Shown: positions 37,433-49,809 of the stretch, piece by piece
Layout of the letters: every line of letters starts with the position of its first letter
Numbering within the stretch: position 1 is the stretch's first letter
NCBI GenBank assembly: GCA_963717505.1
Contig: OY970342.1
Span: forward strand, 1,184,001-1,248,000
Origin: Candidatus Eiseniibacteriota bacterium
GTDB lineage: Bacteria > Eisenbacteria > RBG-16-71-46
Direction: 5' to 3'
Length of the DNA: 64,000 nucleotides
Notes under the pieces: generated by a model
Told to the model about the DNA's origin: nothing
Databases searched by the model: none
The model's input: only the letters and a program-made list of their open reading frames with translations
Program-made: the position numbers and the translations under genes

Positions 37433-38134
37433 TCAGGGCCTCCCGCCGGCGACCGCCTGGAGCGGCGGCATGCGGGTGTCCCCGCCGGTGATCCGCCCAT
37501 CCTCGAGCGTGAGCACCCGCCCGCCCACGGCGTGGGCGACGTCGGGGTTCGTGGTCACCAGCAGGATGGCCGCGCCTTCCTGGTGGATCCGGCGCAGCAG
37601 GGCGAGCACGTCGTCGGCGCTCCGCTTCTCCAGGGCGCCGGTCGGCTCGTCGGCGAGCAGCACCGCCGGACGATTCACGATCGCGCGCGCGATCGCCGCC
37701 CGCTGCTTCTCGCCGGCCGACAGCTCGCTCGGGAACGCCCACTGATGGTGCAGGAGCCCGACCTCGCCCAGGGCGTGCACGACGCGCGGCACGACATCCT
37801 CGGCCGAAAAAAGACCCAGGATCCGCACCGCCAGCGCGACGTTCTCGAACACCGTGCGGTCGTGGAGGAGGCGGAAGTCCTCGTACACGATGCCGATCGT
37901 CCGGCGCAGGAGCGCACGCTGCGGGCGCGTCAGGTTGCCGCTGCGGAAGGTGCCGACCGTGACGGTGCCCGACGTCGGCCTCGTCTCATGGGTGATCAGG
38001 CGAAGGAGCGAGGTCTTGCCGGCGGCACTGTGGCCGTGAAAGACCACGCACTCGCCCTCGTCCATGTGCCATGTCACCGAGTCGAGCGCCAGGCGCTCTC
38101 CGTAGCGCTTGGAGACCTGCTCGAAGGTGATCAT
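37433..38134 (-). CDS. ftsE: Cell division ATP-binding protein FtsE (atypical motifs)
   Basis: GHSAAGKT, LRRTIGIVYEDFRLL, LLADEPTG; adjacent to ftsX. Confidence 0.88.
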   Translation of the reverse strand: MITFEQVSKRYGERLALDSVTWHMDEGECVVFHGHSAAGKTSLLRLITHETRPTSGTVTVGTFRSGNLTRPQRALLRRTIGIVYEDFRLLHDRTVFENVALAVRILGLFSAEDVVPRVVHALGEVGLLHHQWAFPSELSAGEKQRAAIARAIVNRPAVLLADEPTGALEKRSADDVLALLRRIHQEGAAILLVTTNPDVAHAVGGRVLTLEDGRITGGDTRMPPLQAVAGGRP

Positions 38135-38174
38135 CCGCTTCCACCCTATCAGAGGCCGAACGGTGCCTCAACGC

Positions 38175-39512
38175 CTACGACGTGCGGACCTCGATATGGG
38201 CCTTGCTGCGGAGTCCTTTCATCCAGTCGTCGTAGCGTTGCTTCTGCTTGATCTGCGCGACGGCCTCGGGCAGCTCCTTCTTGATCTCGGCCAGCTCGTA
38301 TTCACGCTCGGGCTTGCGATCGGTGAGCTTGAAGATGTTGAAGCCCGCTTGATTGGTCAGCACGTCGCTGACCCCGCCAATCGGCAGCTTGTCGAGCCCC
38401 GCCCGGATGTTCGGCTGGAGCGTGGCCATCGAGATGAACCCGAGGTCGCCATCGGCGCTCGCCGGGCCCTCGTACTTGCTGTATCGACGCGCGAGCGCCC
38501 CGAAATCAGCGCCTTTCTTGGCCTCGGCGTGCACCCGATCGGCGATCTTGCTCGCGCGCTCGGCGTCGGCGTCGGTCAGCGGCACCTGGATCAGGATGTG
38601 GCGGACGTGCGCCTCGATCACCGGGTTGCCCCGCGCATCCAGGGTGTCCTTGCCGGCGCGAGACTTCACCGTGTCCCGCTCGATCACCTCGAGGACGTGC
38701 CATCCGACCGACGAGCGCAGCGGGCCGCTCAGTTCGCCCGCCTTGAGCGAGAAGGCCGCATCGTCCAGCTCGCGATCGAGCAGTCCGCGGCGGAGGAACC
38801 CGAGGTCGCCGCCGTTCTTGGCGGTGGCCGGATCCTGGGACACCTCGCTCGCGACCTTGGCGAACTTCTCACCGGCGACCAGCCGCTTGCGCACCGCGGT
38901 CACGTCGCGGCGGGCCTTGGCATCGATCGCGGAATCGGCGGTCACCGGAATCTGGACGACCGACAGCCGGAGTTCGGCCGGCATCTTGGGAAACTCGGAG
39001 CGGTGGGCGGTGAAGTAGGCTTCGGCCTCGGCTTGCGGCACCGTCTGTTTTGGGAAGGTGCGCTGCATGAGCTTGCTGGCCACCAGCTGCCTGCGGATCT
39101 CCTCGCGATACTTCTCGCGCAGCTTCTCCTCGGTCGTATTCTCGCGCCGGAGCTGTTCCTGGAACTCCTGCTCGCCGCCGAAACGGTCGCGCACGTCTTT
39201 CATCGCCCCTTCCAGCTCGCGAGCGACCTCGGCGTCGGTGGCGCTCAGGCCCTGGCGCTTGGCTTCGTTGACGATGAGTTTTTCGTCGATCAGCTGGTTC
39301 AGGATCTCGCGCCGCAGCGTGTCGACCGTGGTCGAGTCCGGGCGGCTCTGGGAGCGCATCAGCAGCAGCGCGAGCTGCTCCTCGACGTCGCTTTGCAGAA
39401 TGACGTCGTCGTTGACCACCGCGGCGACGCCATCGGCGCGTTGCGCGGCCGCGGGCAGGCTGCCGAGCAGGAGGAGCAGGAGCGGAAGCAACCGAAACAA
39501 GCCTCGAGACAA
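38175..39512 (-). CDS. surA: SurA-like chaperone/parvulin PPIase
   Basis: DGVAAVVNDDVIL N-domain; two parvulin domains (GGDLGF, DGDLGF); TTG start after GGAGG. Confidence 0.88.
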   Translation of the reverse strand: MSRGLFRLLPLLLLLLGSLPAAAQRADGVAAVVNDDVILQSDVEEQLALLLMRSQSRPDSTTVDTLRREILNQLIDEKLIVNEAKRQGLSATDAEVARELEGAMKDVRDRFGGEQEFQEQLRRENTTEEKLREKYREEIRRQLVASKLMQRTFPKQTVPQAEAEAYFTAHRSEFPKMPAELRLSVVQIPVTADSAIDAKARRDVTAVRKRLVAGEKFAKVASEVSQDPATAKNGGDLGFLRRGLLDRELDDAAFSLKAGELSGPLRSSVGWHVLEVIERDTVKSRAGKDTLDARGNPVIEAHVRHILIQVPLTDADAERASKIADRVHAEAKKGADFGALARRYSKYEGPASADGDLGFISMATLQPNIRAGLDKLPIGGVSDVLTNQAGFNIFKLTDRKPEREYELAEIKKELPEAVAQIKQKQRYDDWMKGLRSKAHIEVRTS

Positions 39513-39754
39513 CGTCGAACCTCCGTCAGAGTGTCGCAGCGACCGGCCGGCACGGTTGACAGGGCCGTGACGGGGATCGCTGATGGGCGAGCGGCCGAGC
39601 AGTATAGCCATTACGACCGGGGGACCCAATGATTCCCCCGGGGCCTTCGATCCTGGCCCGTGGCGCTGGTCCGGCCCAACCGCCGCGCTCGTCATGGAAT
39701 AGCGAACCGAAACCACCTCGGGCAGGATATTAGGAGTCGAGGACCCCCACTCCG

Positions 39755-41908
39755 ATGCATCCTTCGTTTACGGGACGACGCCTGCTGGCAATCCTGGCCG
39801 TGCTGCTGGCGGTCGGCCTCGGCGTACCCCGGTTCCTGACCCACAATCCCTACCAGCGGCTCGGGGTCAACCTCCAGTGGCGCGGTCAGGACTTCCCTCG
39901 CATCGAGCGGCTGATCGGCCCTCCGGCCTCGGCACTGCTGCAGCGGGACGACGAGATCCGTGGCATCGACGGCAGGATGTTCTCCTCATCCGACGAAATG
40001 GAGGAGTACTTGAAGAAGGCGGGGTGGCCGACCGGGCCGTTCACCCTGACGATTGGCCGAAACGGACGCGTGTTCAACATCGTCTATCCGCCGCTCCGAC
40101 TCGGCGCCTGGCAGCGGCTGCGACTGTTCATCTTCCCGGTCTCGGCGATGGTCGCGGCACCTCTGGTTGCATTCCTGTTGGTGTGGCGGCGCCCCGACCT
40201 GCGTGCCGCCTGGGTGTTCCTGTGGTTCGCGGCGTTGCAAGCGATCGGCGTCATCTGGAGCATCTACAAGGTTCCGGTGGTCGAGCCCGGGCCGACTCTG
40301 CGGCTCTATCTCGACGTCTTTCGCGGACTCCTGCTCTGGTTTCCGGTCAGCTTCCTGCACTTCATGACCGTGTTTCCGCGGCCGCGCTGGGAGTCGAGCC
40401 GCCGCACCGAGTCACCCTGGTTCTGGCTGGTGGTCGTCGCGTATTTGGCGCCATTCGCACTGCTGCTCACCGGCCGCGGGCTGACCTACGAACCGGGCGG
40501 GCCGGTGGTCTGGTTCGCTGCCGTCACGCTCGGACTCGGGATCGTTTCGCTGATCGCGCGCTACGCGTGGCCCGGCGACTGGCGGCCGTCGGCCATGGAT
40601 CGAGTGCTCGGCATCTTGGTCGCCATCGTCCTGACCTTGGCGACGCTGCTCGAGGTGTTTCCCGAAGAGAGCATTGGGGCTTGGTTCCCGGTGCCGCTGG
40701 TGCGCATCGCCCTCACCGTGCATAGCATCGCCTGGCTCCTGTCGCCGTTCCTGATCGCCTGGCTGCTGGCCAACGATCCCGCCTTCGATCCGCGGCGGCT
40801 GCTGGCTCGAACGCTGCCGTACGCGATTCTCACCGGCGTGCTGGCCGCGCTCTATCTCGGCACCGTTCTGGTCGGCGAGCGGATGTTCGCGGCGATCACC
40901 GGCGAACAGGCCATGGCGTTCAACGTCGTGGCCGCGTTGGTCGTGGCGTTCGCCTTCGCGCCGCTGCGCGAGCGCCTGCAACGCTGGCTCGACCGGCTGT
41001 TCGGACGCGACCCCCACGCGCTGCGACGGGCACTCGACCAGTCCGGGCGCGAGCTGCTGGGTGCTCTGTCGCGCGAGCAGGTGATCGCCTCGGTCGAGGC
41101 CGGACTGGAACGCGGCCTCAAGCGCCCGGTGGCGATCGAATGGCCCGAGCGCGGAATGCCCCGGGTCGCCCCCGGCGAGGAATTGCCGATGGACGCCCTG
41201 GACGGCATCGAGAACTTGCTGGCTCAGGCCGGCATCCGACTCGAGAACCTGGCGCTCCAGGAGGAACAGGCGCAACACGAGCGCCGCGAGGTCGAGCTTC
41301 GGGAAGCCGCGACGCGCGCGGAGCTGCGCGCCCTGCAGGCGCAAGTCCAGCCCCACTTCCTGTTCAACGCGCTGAACGCGCTCGCCTATCTGATCGAGAC
41401 CGACTCGGCGGCCGCGCAGCGCTTCACCGAACGATTGGCCGACATGTTGCGCTACGCCGTCGAGGCCGGCAGCCGGCCGGCGGCGCTGCTCTCGGACGAG
41501 ATCGATTTCGTCGAGGACTATCTGGGTGTGGCGCGGGAGCGCTACGAAAACCCGCTGACCTTCGAGTACCATGGCGCCCGGGAATTGCTGTCGCTGACCG
41601 TGCCGCCGCTGCTCCTGCAACCGCTGGTCGAGAACAGCCTCAAGCACGGCTGCAGTCCCGATCGGCGCCCGCTCCACCTGGTGCTCGAGGCGCGCCGCAC
41701 GGCCGATTGGGTCGACCTGGTGTTCACCGACGACGGCACGCTGAACGGCAACGGTTCGGTGCGCGGGCTCGGCGTCGGACTCGAGAATCTGGAGCAGCGG
41801 CTGCGACGATTCGGCGGTCTGGATGCCAGCGTGACCGCCGCGCCCCGCACGCCGGGAGGTTTCGAAGTGCACATGCGCTGGCGGTCACCCGAAGAGGTCG
41901 CGGCATGA
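39755..41908 (+). CDS. LytS-type histidine kinase with PDZ-like N-terminal domain and multi-pass membrane region
   Basis: ALQAQVQPHFLFNALN, LQPLVENSLKHG, GVGLENL; PDZ-like GPPASALLQRDDEIRGIDG; about 9-10 TM. Confidence 0.9.
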   Translation: MHPSFTGRRLLAILAVLLAVGLGVPRFLTHNPYQRLGVNLQWRGQDFPRIERLIGPPASALLQRDDEIRGIDGRMFSSSDEMEEYLKKAGWPTGPFTLTIGRNGRVFNIVYPPLRLGAWQRLRLFIFPVSAMVAAPLVAFLLVWRRPDLRAAWVFLWFAALQAIGVIWSIYKVPVVEPGPTLRLYLDVFRGLLLWFPVSFLHFMTVFPRPRWESSRRTESPWFWLVVVAYLAPFALLLTGRGLTYEPGGPVVWFAAVTLGLGIVSLIARYAWPGDWRPSAMDRVLGILVAIVLTLATLLEVFPEESIGAWFPVPLVRIALTVHSIAWLLSPFLIAWLLANDPAFDPRRLLARTLPYAILTGVLAALYLGTVLVGERMFAAITGEQAMAFNVVAALVVAFAFAPLRERLQRWLDRLFGRDPHALRRALDQSGRELLGALSREQVIASVEAGLERGLKRPVAIEWPERGMPRVAPGEELPMDALDGIENLLAQAGIRLENLALQEEQAQHERREVELREAATRAELRALQAQVQPHFLFNALNALAYLIETDSAAAQRFTERLADMLRYAVEAGSRPAALLSDEIDFVEDYLGVARERYENPLTFEYHGARELLSLTVPPLLLQPLVENSLKHGCSPDRRPLHLVLEARRTADWVDLVFTDDGTLNGNGSVRGLGVGLENLEQRLRRFGGLDASVTAAPRTPGGFEVHMRWRSPEEVAA

Positions 41909-42720
41909 ACCAGACGCGTCGAGCCCCTGCTCCCGCCTTGACCGCGCCGGCTCCGGTGCGGGTGTTGGTCGCCGACGACGAGCCGCGCGCGCGCCAGTTC
42001 ATCGAGCGGCTGCTCAGCGAGCATGCCGATCTCGAAATCGTCGGCACCGCCCGCGGCGGCGCCGAAGCGCTCGAGCTGACATCGCGCCACACGCCCGACG
42101 TCGTGTTCCTCGACATTCACATGCCCGATCTGTCCGGGCTCGAAGTCGCGCGGCAGATCGCGCGCGAACGCTCCGGCGCGCTGCCCCACATCGTGTTCGT
42201 CACCGCGTACGACCGCTACGCGGTGGACGCGTTCGAAGTCGCGGCCCTGGACTACGTGCTCAAGCCGCTCAAGCGCGACCGGCTGGCCGAGACGGTGCGC
42301 CGCGTGGTGACCGAAGTCCGCAACACCCCGCCCGCCGCGCGCGCTCGAGAACTGCGGGCCGCCCTCGAGCGGCCCGAGATCGAACGGCAGATGCCGCCGC
42401 TCCGGCGACTGCCGGTCCGCCATCGGCGCGAGGTCAAGCTGCTGGAATTGACCGACGTGCCGATGGTGTTTTCGCGCGACCGGCTGGTGCTCGCGCGGGC
42501 CGACGGCCGCGAATACCTGGTGGACTACACGCTCCAGGAGCTGGAGCAGCGGCTGCCGCGCGATCAGTTCGTACGCGTTCATCGCGGTGCGCTCGTGAAT
42601 CTGGATGCGATCGAGTCCTACGGCGGCGAGGACGGCGTGCTGGTCCTCAAGCTGCGCGACGGGACCCGCGTCGAGGCGAGCGAACGACGCGCGGCCGAGG
42701 TCCGCCGGCGTCTGAAGTAG
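41905..42720 (+). CDS. LytTR-family response regulator
   Basis: ADDEP, FLDIHMP, FVTAYDRYA, DYVLKP, FVRVHRGALVN; ATGA overlap with the kinase. Confidence 0.93.
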   Translation: MNQTRRAPAPALTAPAPVRVLVADDEPRARQFIERLLSEHADLEIVGTARGGAEALELTSRHTPDVVFLDIHMPDLSGLEVARQIARERSGALPHIVFVTAYDRYAVDAFEVAALDYVLKPLKRDRLAETVRRVVTEVRNTPPAARARELRAALERPEIERQMPPLRRLPVRHRREVKLLELTDVPMVFSRDRLVLARADGREYLVDYTLQELEQRLPRDQFVRVHRGALVNLDAIESYGGEDGVLVLKLRDGTRVEASERRAAEVRRRLK

Positions 42721-42750
42721 AGCCGTGGGTCTCGGACCCGGCGCCGGGAA

Positions 42751-44181
42751 TCAGCCGCCGAGGCCCTGAAGCGCTCCGAGGTCGGGGAACGGCCACGCCA
42801 GGCGCTCGAGGCGCGCCGCATCGATCATCACCGGATGCTTGCGGCGCAGCGTCTCGGTGTACTCCTGCATCCGTGCGTTCTGGCGCTCCTCGAGGACCAT
42901 GCCGTGGAGCTGCTCCAGCAGATCCGGGGGCAGGGACTCGAACGGCGGCGCCTGAGGGCCCGCGCGCGCAGCGTACTCGGCGCGCAGGTCGCTCTCGGTG
43001 GGTGGCTCAACGTGCGCCAGTATTTCTTCCTGGTACAGCGCCTGGAGCGCCAGGCCGTCGGCGCGATCTTCGGCCGCGCGGCGCACGGCCGGCTCCTCGT
43101 TCAGGCGACGCGAGCGGCCTTCGACCAACACGATCTTCTGCAGCACCGTGGTCTCGAGCCAGCGCGCGATGGCCGCGGTGCTCGAGAGGTTCGGTCGATC
43201 GAGCCGAGCCAGGTCGACGATCGCTTCCGACAGCATGTACCGCTGCCAGCCTTCCTCGGTGCGATAGCGCGCCAGCAGGACCAGCTCATCCGGGAGACCG
43301 GTGGTGTCCGAACGCGTGCCCTGGACGCGCGAGAACACGGCCTGCGCCGCGTCGGGTTCGAGTCGGAAATCGTGGGAGCGCTGCATCTGCTCGACTGCAC
43401 GCTGCAGCAGCAACCGTTGTTTGCGCACGCGAATCTGCTGCTCGAGCTGGGGCGCAATTTCGGCGAGCGGCGGCACGTCCCGCTGTCGGCGGTCGGAGAC
43501 CTGCGCCAGGAACCACGCATCCGAGCCGACGCGCACCGGACCGATCACCTGGTTGAGCGGGGCGTTCCGCAGAAGACCGTCGAGCGGCTCAGGCATCGCC
43601 CCGCCCGGGACGTAGCCGAAGTCTCCGTCGGGTTGCACGACCCCGGTCGTGTTCATGCGCAGCGCGACCGACGTGAAGTCCTCGCCGGCCTCGATGCGTT
43701 CGCGCGCATGGAGGAGGAGCGCGTCGCTCTGGGCGTGGATCAGCCGAACGTGCGATTCGGTCTTGCTCCATTCGTAGTAGCGCTCGAGCTCGGCCTGACT
43801 GACTGGAAGGTTGGTCGGCGCGAAACGCGAGGTCATCTCGCGCATCAGCGCCGCGTCCTCGGCCTCCCGGGCGGCGCGCATCGACTCCTCGGGCGGGATC
43901 AACCCGCGTTGCCGAGCCTCGAGCCGCAACAGCTCGCGTCGCACCAGCTCGTCGAGCAGGACGAGCTTCGCGCTGTCGGGGTTCTGCGGATACGCGTTGC
44001 CCGAAGCGCGCGCTGCCTCGAGGAACTCGCCGACCGTGATCGTGCTGGGTCCGACGCGCGCCAGGGGGCGAGACTCGAGCGTGCACGAGGCGAGGAGGAG
44101 CGGGGCAGCGGCGAGCACGAGTGCCAGGACGCGAGCGGGGCACCGGCGCACTTCGAAAAGGAACACGGGTGAAGGAGTCAT
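42751..44181 (-). CDS. Parvulin-type peptidylprolyl isomerase lipoprotein (PrsA/SurA-like)
   Basis: LLLASC lipobox; LARVG...ITV; GEDF..VA; DGDFGY; directly after mfd. Confidence 0.75.
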   Translation of the reverse strand: MTPSPVFLFEVRRCPARVLALVLAAAPLLLASCTLESRPLARVGPSTITVGEFLEAARASGNAYPQNPDSAKLVLLDELVRRELLRLEARQRGLIPPEESMRAAREAEDAALMREMTSRFAPTNLPVSQAELERYYEWSKTESHVRLIHAQSDALLLHARERIEAGEDFTSVALRMNTTGVVQPDGDFGYVPGGAMPEPLDGLLRNAPLNQVIGPVRVGSDAWFLAQVSDRRQRDVPPLAEIAPQLEQQIRVRKQRLLLQRAVEQMQRSHDFRLEPDAAQAVFSRVQGTRSDTTGLPDELVLLARYRTEEGWQRYMLSEAIVDLARLDRPNLSSTAAIARWLETTVLQKIVLVEGRSRRLNEEPAVRRAAEDRADGLALQALYQEEILAHVEPPTESDLRAEYAARAGPQAPPFESLPPDLLEQLHGMVLEERQNARMQEYTETLRRKHPVMIDAARLERLAWPFPDLGALQGLGG

Positions 44182-44256
44182 GAGCGAGCGACGGACGTTA
44201 GTCGAGCCGCACCAGAGTGGCAACCCACGGCGGGGGTTCGGGTCGGGCACTGCGCG

Positions 44257-47697
<3,441 letters not shown>

Positions 47698-47720
47698 GGC
47701 TCCCGTTCGTGCGGCAACGC

Positions 47721-47750
47721 AAAAAAGCCGCCACGAAGATCTCGTGGCGG
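47721..47750 (-). terminator. Intrinsic terminator between the TlpA gene and mfd
   Basis: Minus strand CCGCCACGA-GATCT-TCGTGGCGG followed by CTTTTTT. Confidence 0.75.
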
Positions 47751-47788
47751 TGCCCATCGTCTGCCGCTCGGGCGCTAGCCCCGGCGGC

Positions 47789-48412
47789 TCAAGGGTCCGA
47801 TACGTCCCCCGCGGTCGCCGGCTCGGCGATCACCTCGGTCAGAACCCGTGACAACTCCCGCATGGCGCGATCGCATTCCGCGTGACTCGACTGGTCGCTG
47901 GGATGGTATTCGCCACCGGGATGGATCCAGCGGACCCGCCCCCGACGGTCGAGCAGGAACGACACCGAGGTCCACTCGTGCTCGGGATGGCCGTCGAGCC
48001 AGTAGCGTCCCAGGGTCGTCCACTTGGAGTCGACCGCGATCGCGCCGCCGAAACCCAGCTTGCGCGCGTGATTCGCGATGTCGCGATCGGTCACTTCCTT
48101 CGGCACCTTGGGATGATAGACGCCGATGACCACGAGATCGTCGGGGTAGCGGAGCCTGAGCTTCTCGAGGACCGGCAGGGTCGCCTTGCAGTAGCGACAG
48201 CCGTCGGTCCACCAACGCATCAACACCACCTGACCGCGCAGGTCTTCGACCGACCTCGGCGTCGCCCCGATCCAGCGGTCGAACGACCAAGCCGGCGCTG
48301 GACGGCCGAGAAGTTCCTCCCCAGACTCGATCGCCGTCGGTCCGGCCACGGCGGACACCAGCGTGGCGAGAGCGACGGCGGCCTGGATCATCACCGATCC
48401 GATGAGCATCAC
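47789..48412 (-). CDS. TlpA-like thiol:disulfide oxidoreductase
   Basis: LRGQVVLMRWWTDGCRYC (CxxC); SFLLDRRGRVR; N-terminal signal. Confidence 0.85.
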   Translation of the reverse strand: MMLIGSVMIQAAVALATLVSAVAGPTAIESGEELLGRPAPAWSFDRWIGATPRSVEDLRGQVVLMRWWTDGCRYCKATLPVLEKLRLRYPDDLVVIGVYHPKVPKEVTDRDIANHARKLGFGGAIAVDSKWTTLGRYWLDGHPEHEWTSVSFLLDRRGRVRWIHPGGEYHPSDQSSHAECDRAMRELSRVLTEVIAEPATAGDVSDP

Positions 48413-48506
48413 CGGGAAAGCCTAACGCAATCTGGTCTCTCGCCCCAATACATGCTATCGTCCCCGGCATTCGGAAACGGTCAAACCTGATCCAGGGAGG
48501 ATTCCG

Positions 48507-49315
48507 ATGAGGCGCGTACTAGTCCCTTCTGTTTCGCTGCGGCCCTTGTCGCCGGAATCGCATATGCGATGCCCGAGACGCTCGATTACGTCGATCGCGC
48601 CGCGCCCGACTTCACCTGGCCCGCCACGGACTGGGATGGTGACGGAGTCCACGACCGCCTCGACCGCTGCAACAACACGTCCAAGGGCTGCATGGTCGAC
48701 TCCTATGGCTGCGGATCGGACTTCGACGACGACGGCGTGTGCGACGGGGTCGACCAGTGCAACGACACGCAGCCGGGGACGAAGGTCGACAAGCACGGCT
48801 GCCCGGTTGGGAAGAAGGGCTATTCGACGCAACCCTCGGCGCAGAAGGCGCCGGTGTCCCCGCAGCCGGCGAAGCCGGCGCAGGACGACACGCCGGACGA
48901 GGTCCAGAAGCAGCTGACCGCGAAGGGCACCATCCGGCTCGAGAACGTCTACTTCGAGCCGAACAGTGCCAAACTGACGCCCGACTCCGAGGAAGCCTTG
49001 CGCAAGGTGGGACGCTCGCTCGAGAAATACCCGGACCTGCGCTTCGAAATCGAGGGCCACACCGACAGCAAGGGTGCTGCGAACGTGAATCAGAGGCTCA
49101 GCGAGCAGCGGGCACATTCGGTTCGGGAGTTCCTGATCTACAACTTCAAGCTCACTCCCTCGAACTACACGGCTCGCGGCTACGGCGAGACGCGGCTGGA
49201 GAACGACGAGCGCAACGACGAGGAGCGGATGCGCAATCGCCGGGTGGAGATGCGCCTGCTGAACCCCGATGCGCTGCCGAGCGGCGTCAAGGTCAAGCAG
49301 GATGACGGGCGCTAG
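48507..49315 (+). CDS. OmpA-family protein with thrombospondin type-3-like Ca-binding repeats (signal peptide frameshifted)
   Basis: DWDGDGVHDRLDRC and DFDDDGVCDGVDQC; EGHTD, NQRLSEQRA, GYGE, NRRVE. Removing two homopolymer bases at about 48525 and 48534 gives signal MRRVLVLLFAAALVAGIAYA in frame with 48569..49315; GGAGG RBS. Confidence 0.88.
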
Positions 49316-49352
49316 CCCGTGGGGCGAATCCGGTGAAAGGTAGCTCGACCGC

Positions 49353-49802
49353 GTGAAAGCCAAGATGTTGCTCGCCGAAGCGGCGACCGGTCACCCCGAC
49401 GGCACGGTCAGCATGCTGCGGGCGGGGATCACGCACGTGTGGACCCAGCCGAACCCGCCCTTCGGCATCCAGGCGGCACTGGTGTCGCGCATCGAAGCCG
49501 ACCTCGGCGACACCGGCCAGCACCAATTCGACCTGCGATGCATGAACGACGATGGCGCCGAAGTCATGCCCCGGCTGTCGGGACACTTCGCGGTCGCGGC
49601 GGGCGGCGGCGCCAACAACCTCATCCTCAATTTCAACACACCGCTGCCCAAGCACGGTCGCTATACGTTCGTGCTGCGCGTCGACAACGTGCAGCTCGAT
49701 CATTGCACGGTGCAGTTGTCGCCGGCGCCCCAGGGCCAGCATCCGGGCGGGCCGGGATTGCCGCCGGGCGGGCCCGGGCCGGCCAAGCCCCCGGGCGCCT
49801 AG
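49353..49802 (+). CDS. Hypothetical beta-sandwich protein (DUF6941-like) with Pro/Gly tail
   Basis: MLLAEAA...DGTVSMLRAGI...GRYTFVLRVD pattern. Confidence 0.6.
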   Translation: MKAKMLLAEAATGHPDGTVSMLRAGITHVWTQPNPPFGIQAALVSRIEADLGDTGQHQFDLRCMNDDGAEVMPRLSGHFAVAAGGGANNLILNFNTPLPKHGRYTFVLRVDNVQLDHCTVQLSPAPQGQHPGGPGLPPGGPGPAKPPGA

Positions 49803-49809
49803 GCCGCAG

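Noticed and set aside
35380-37742. Apparent long EnvC (706 aa) and FtsX (389 aa) ORFs
   Set aside because: The extensions are off-frame reads of ftsX and ftsE; the real starts are at 36576 and 37430.
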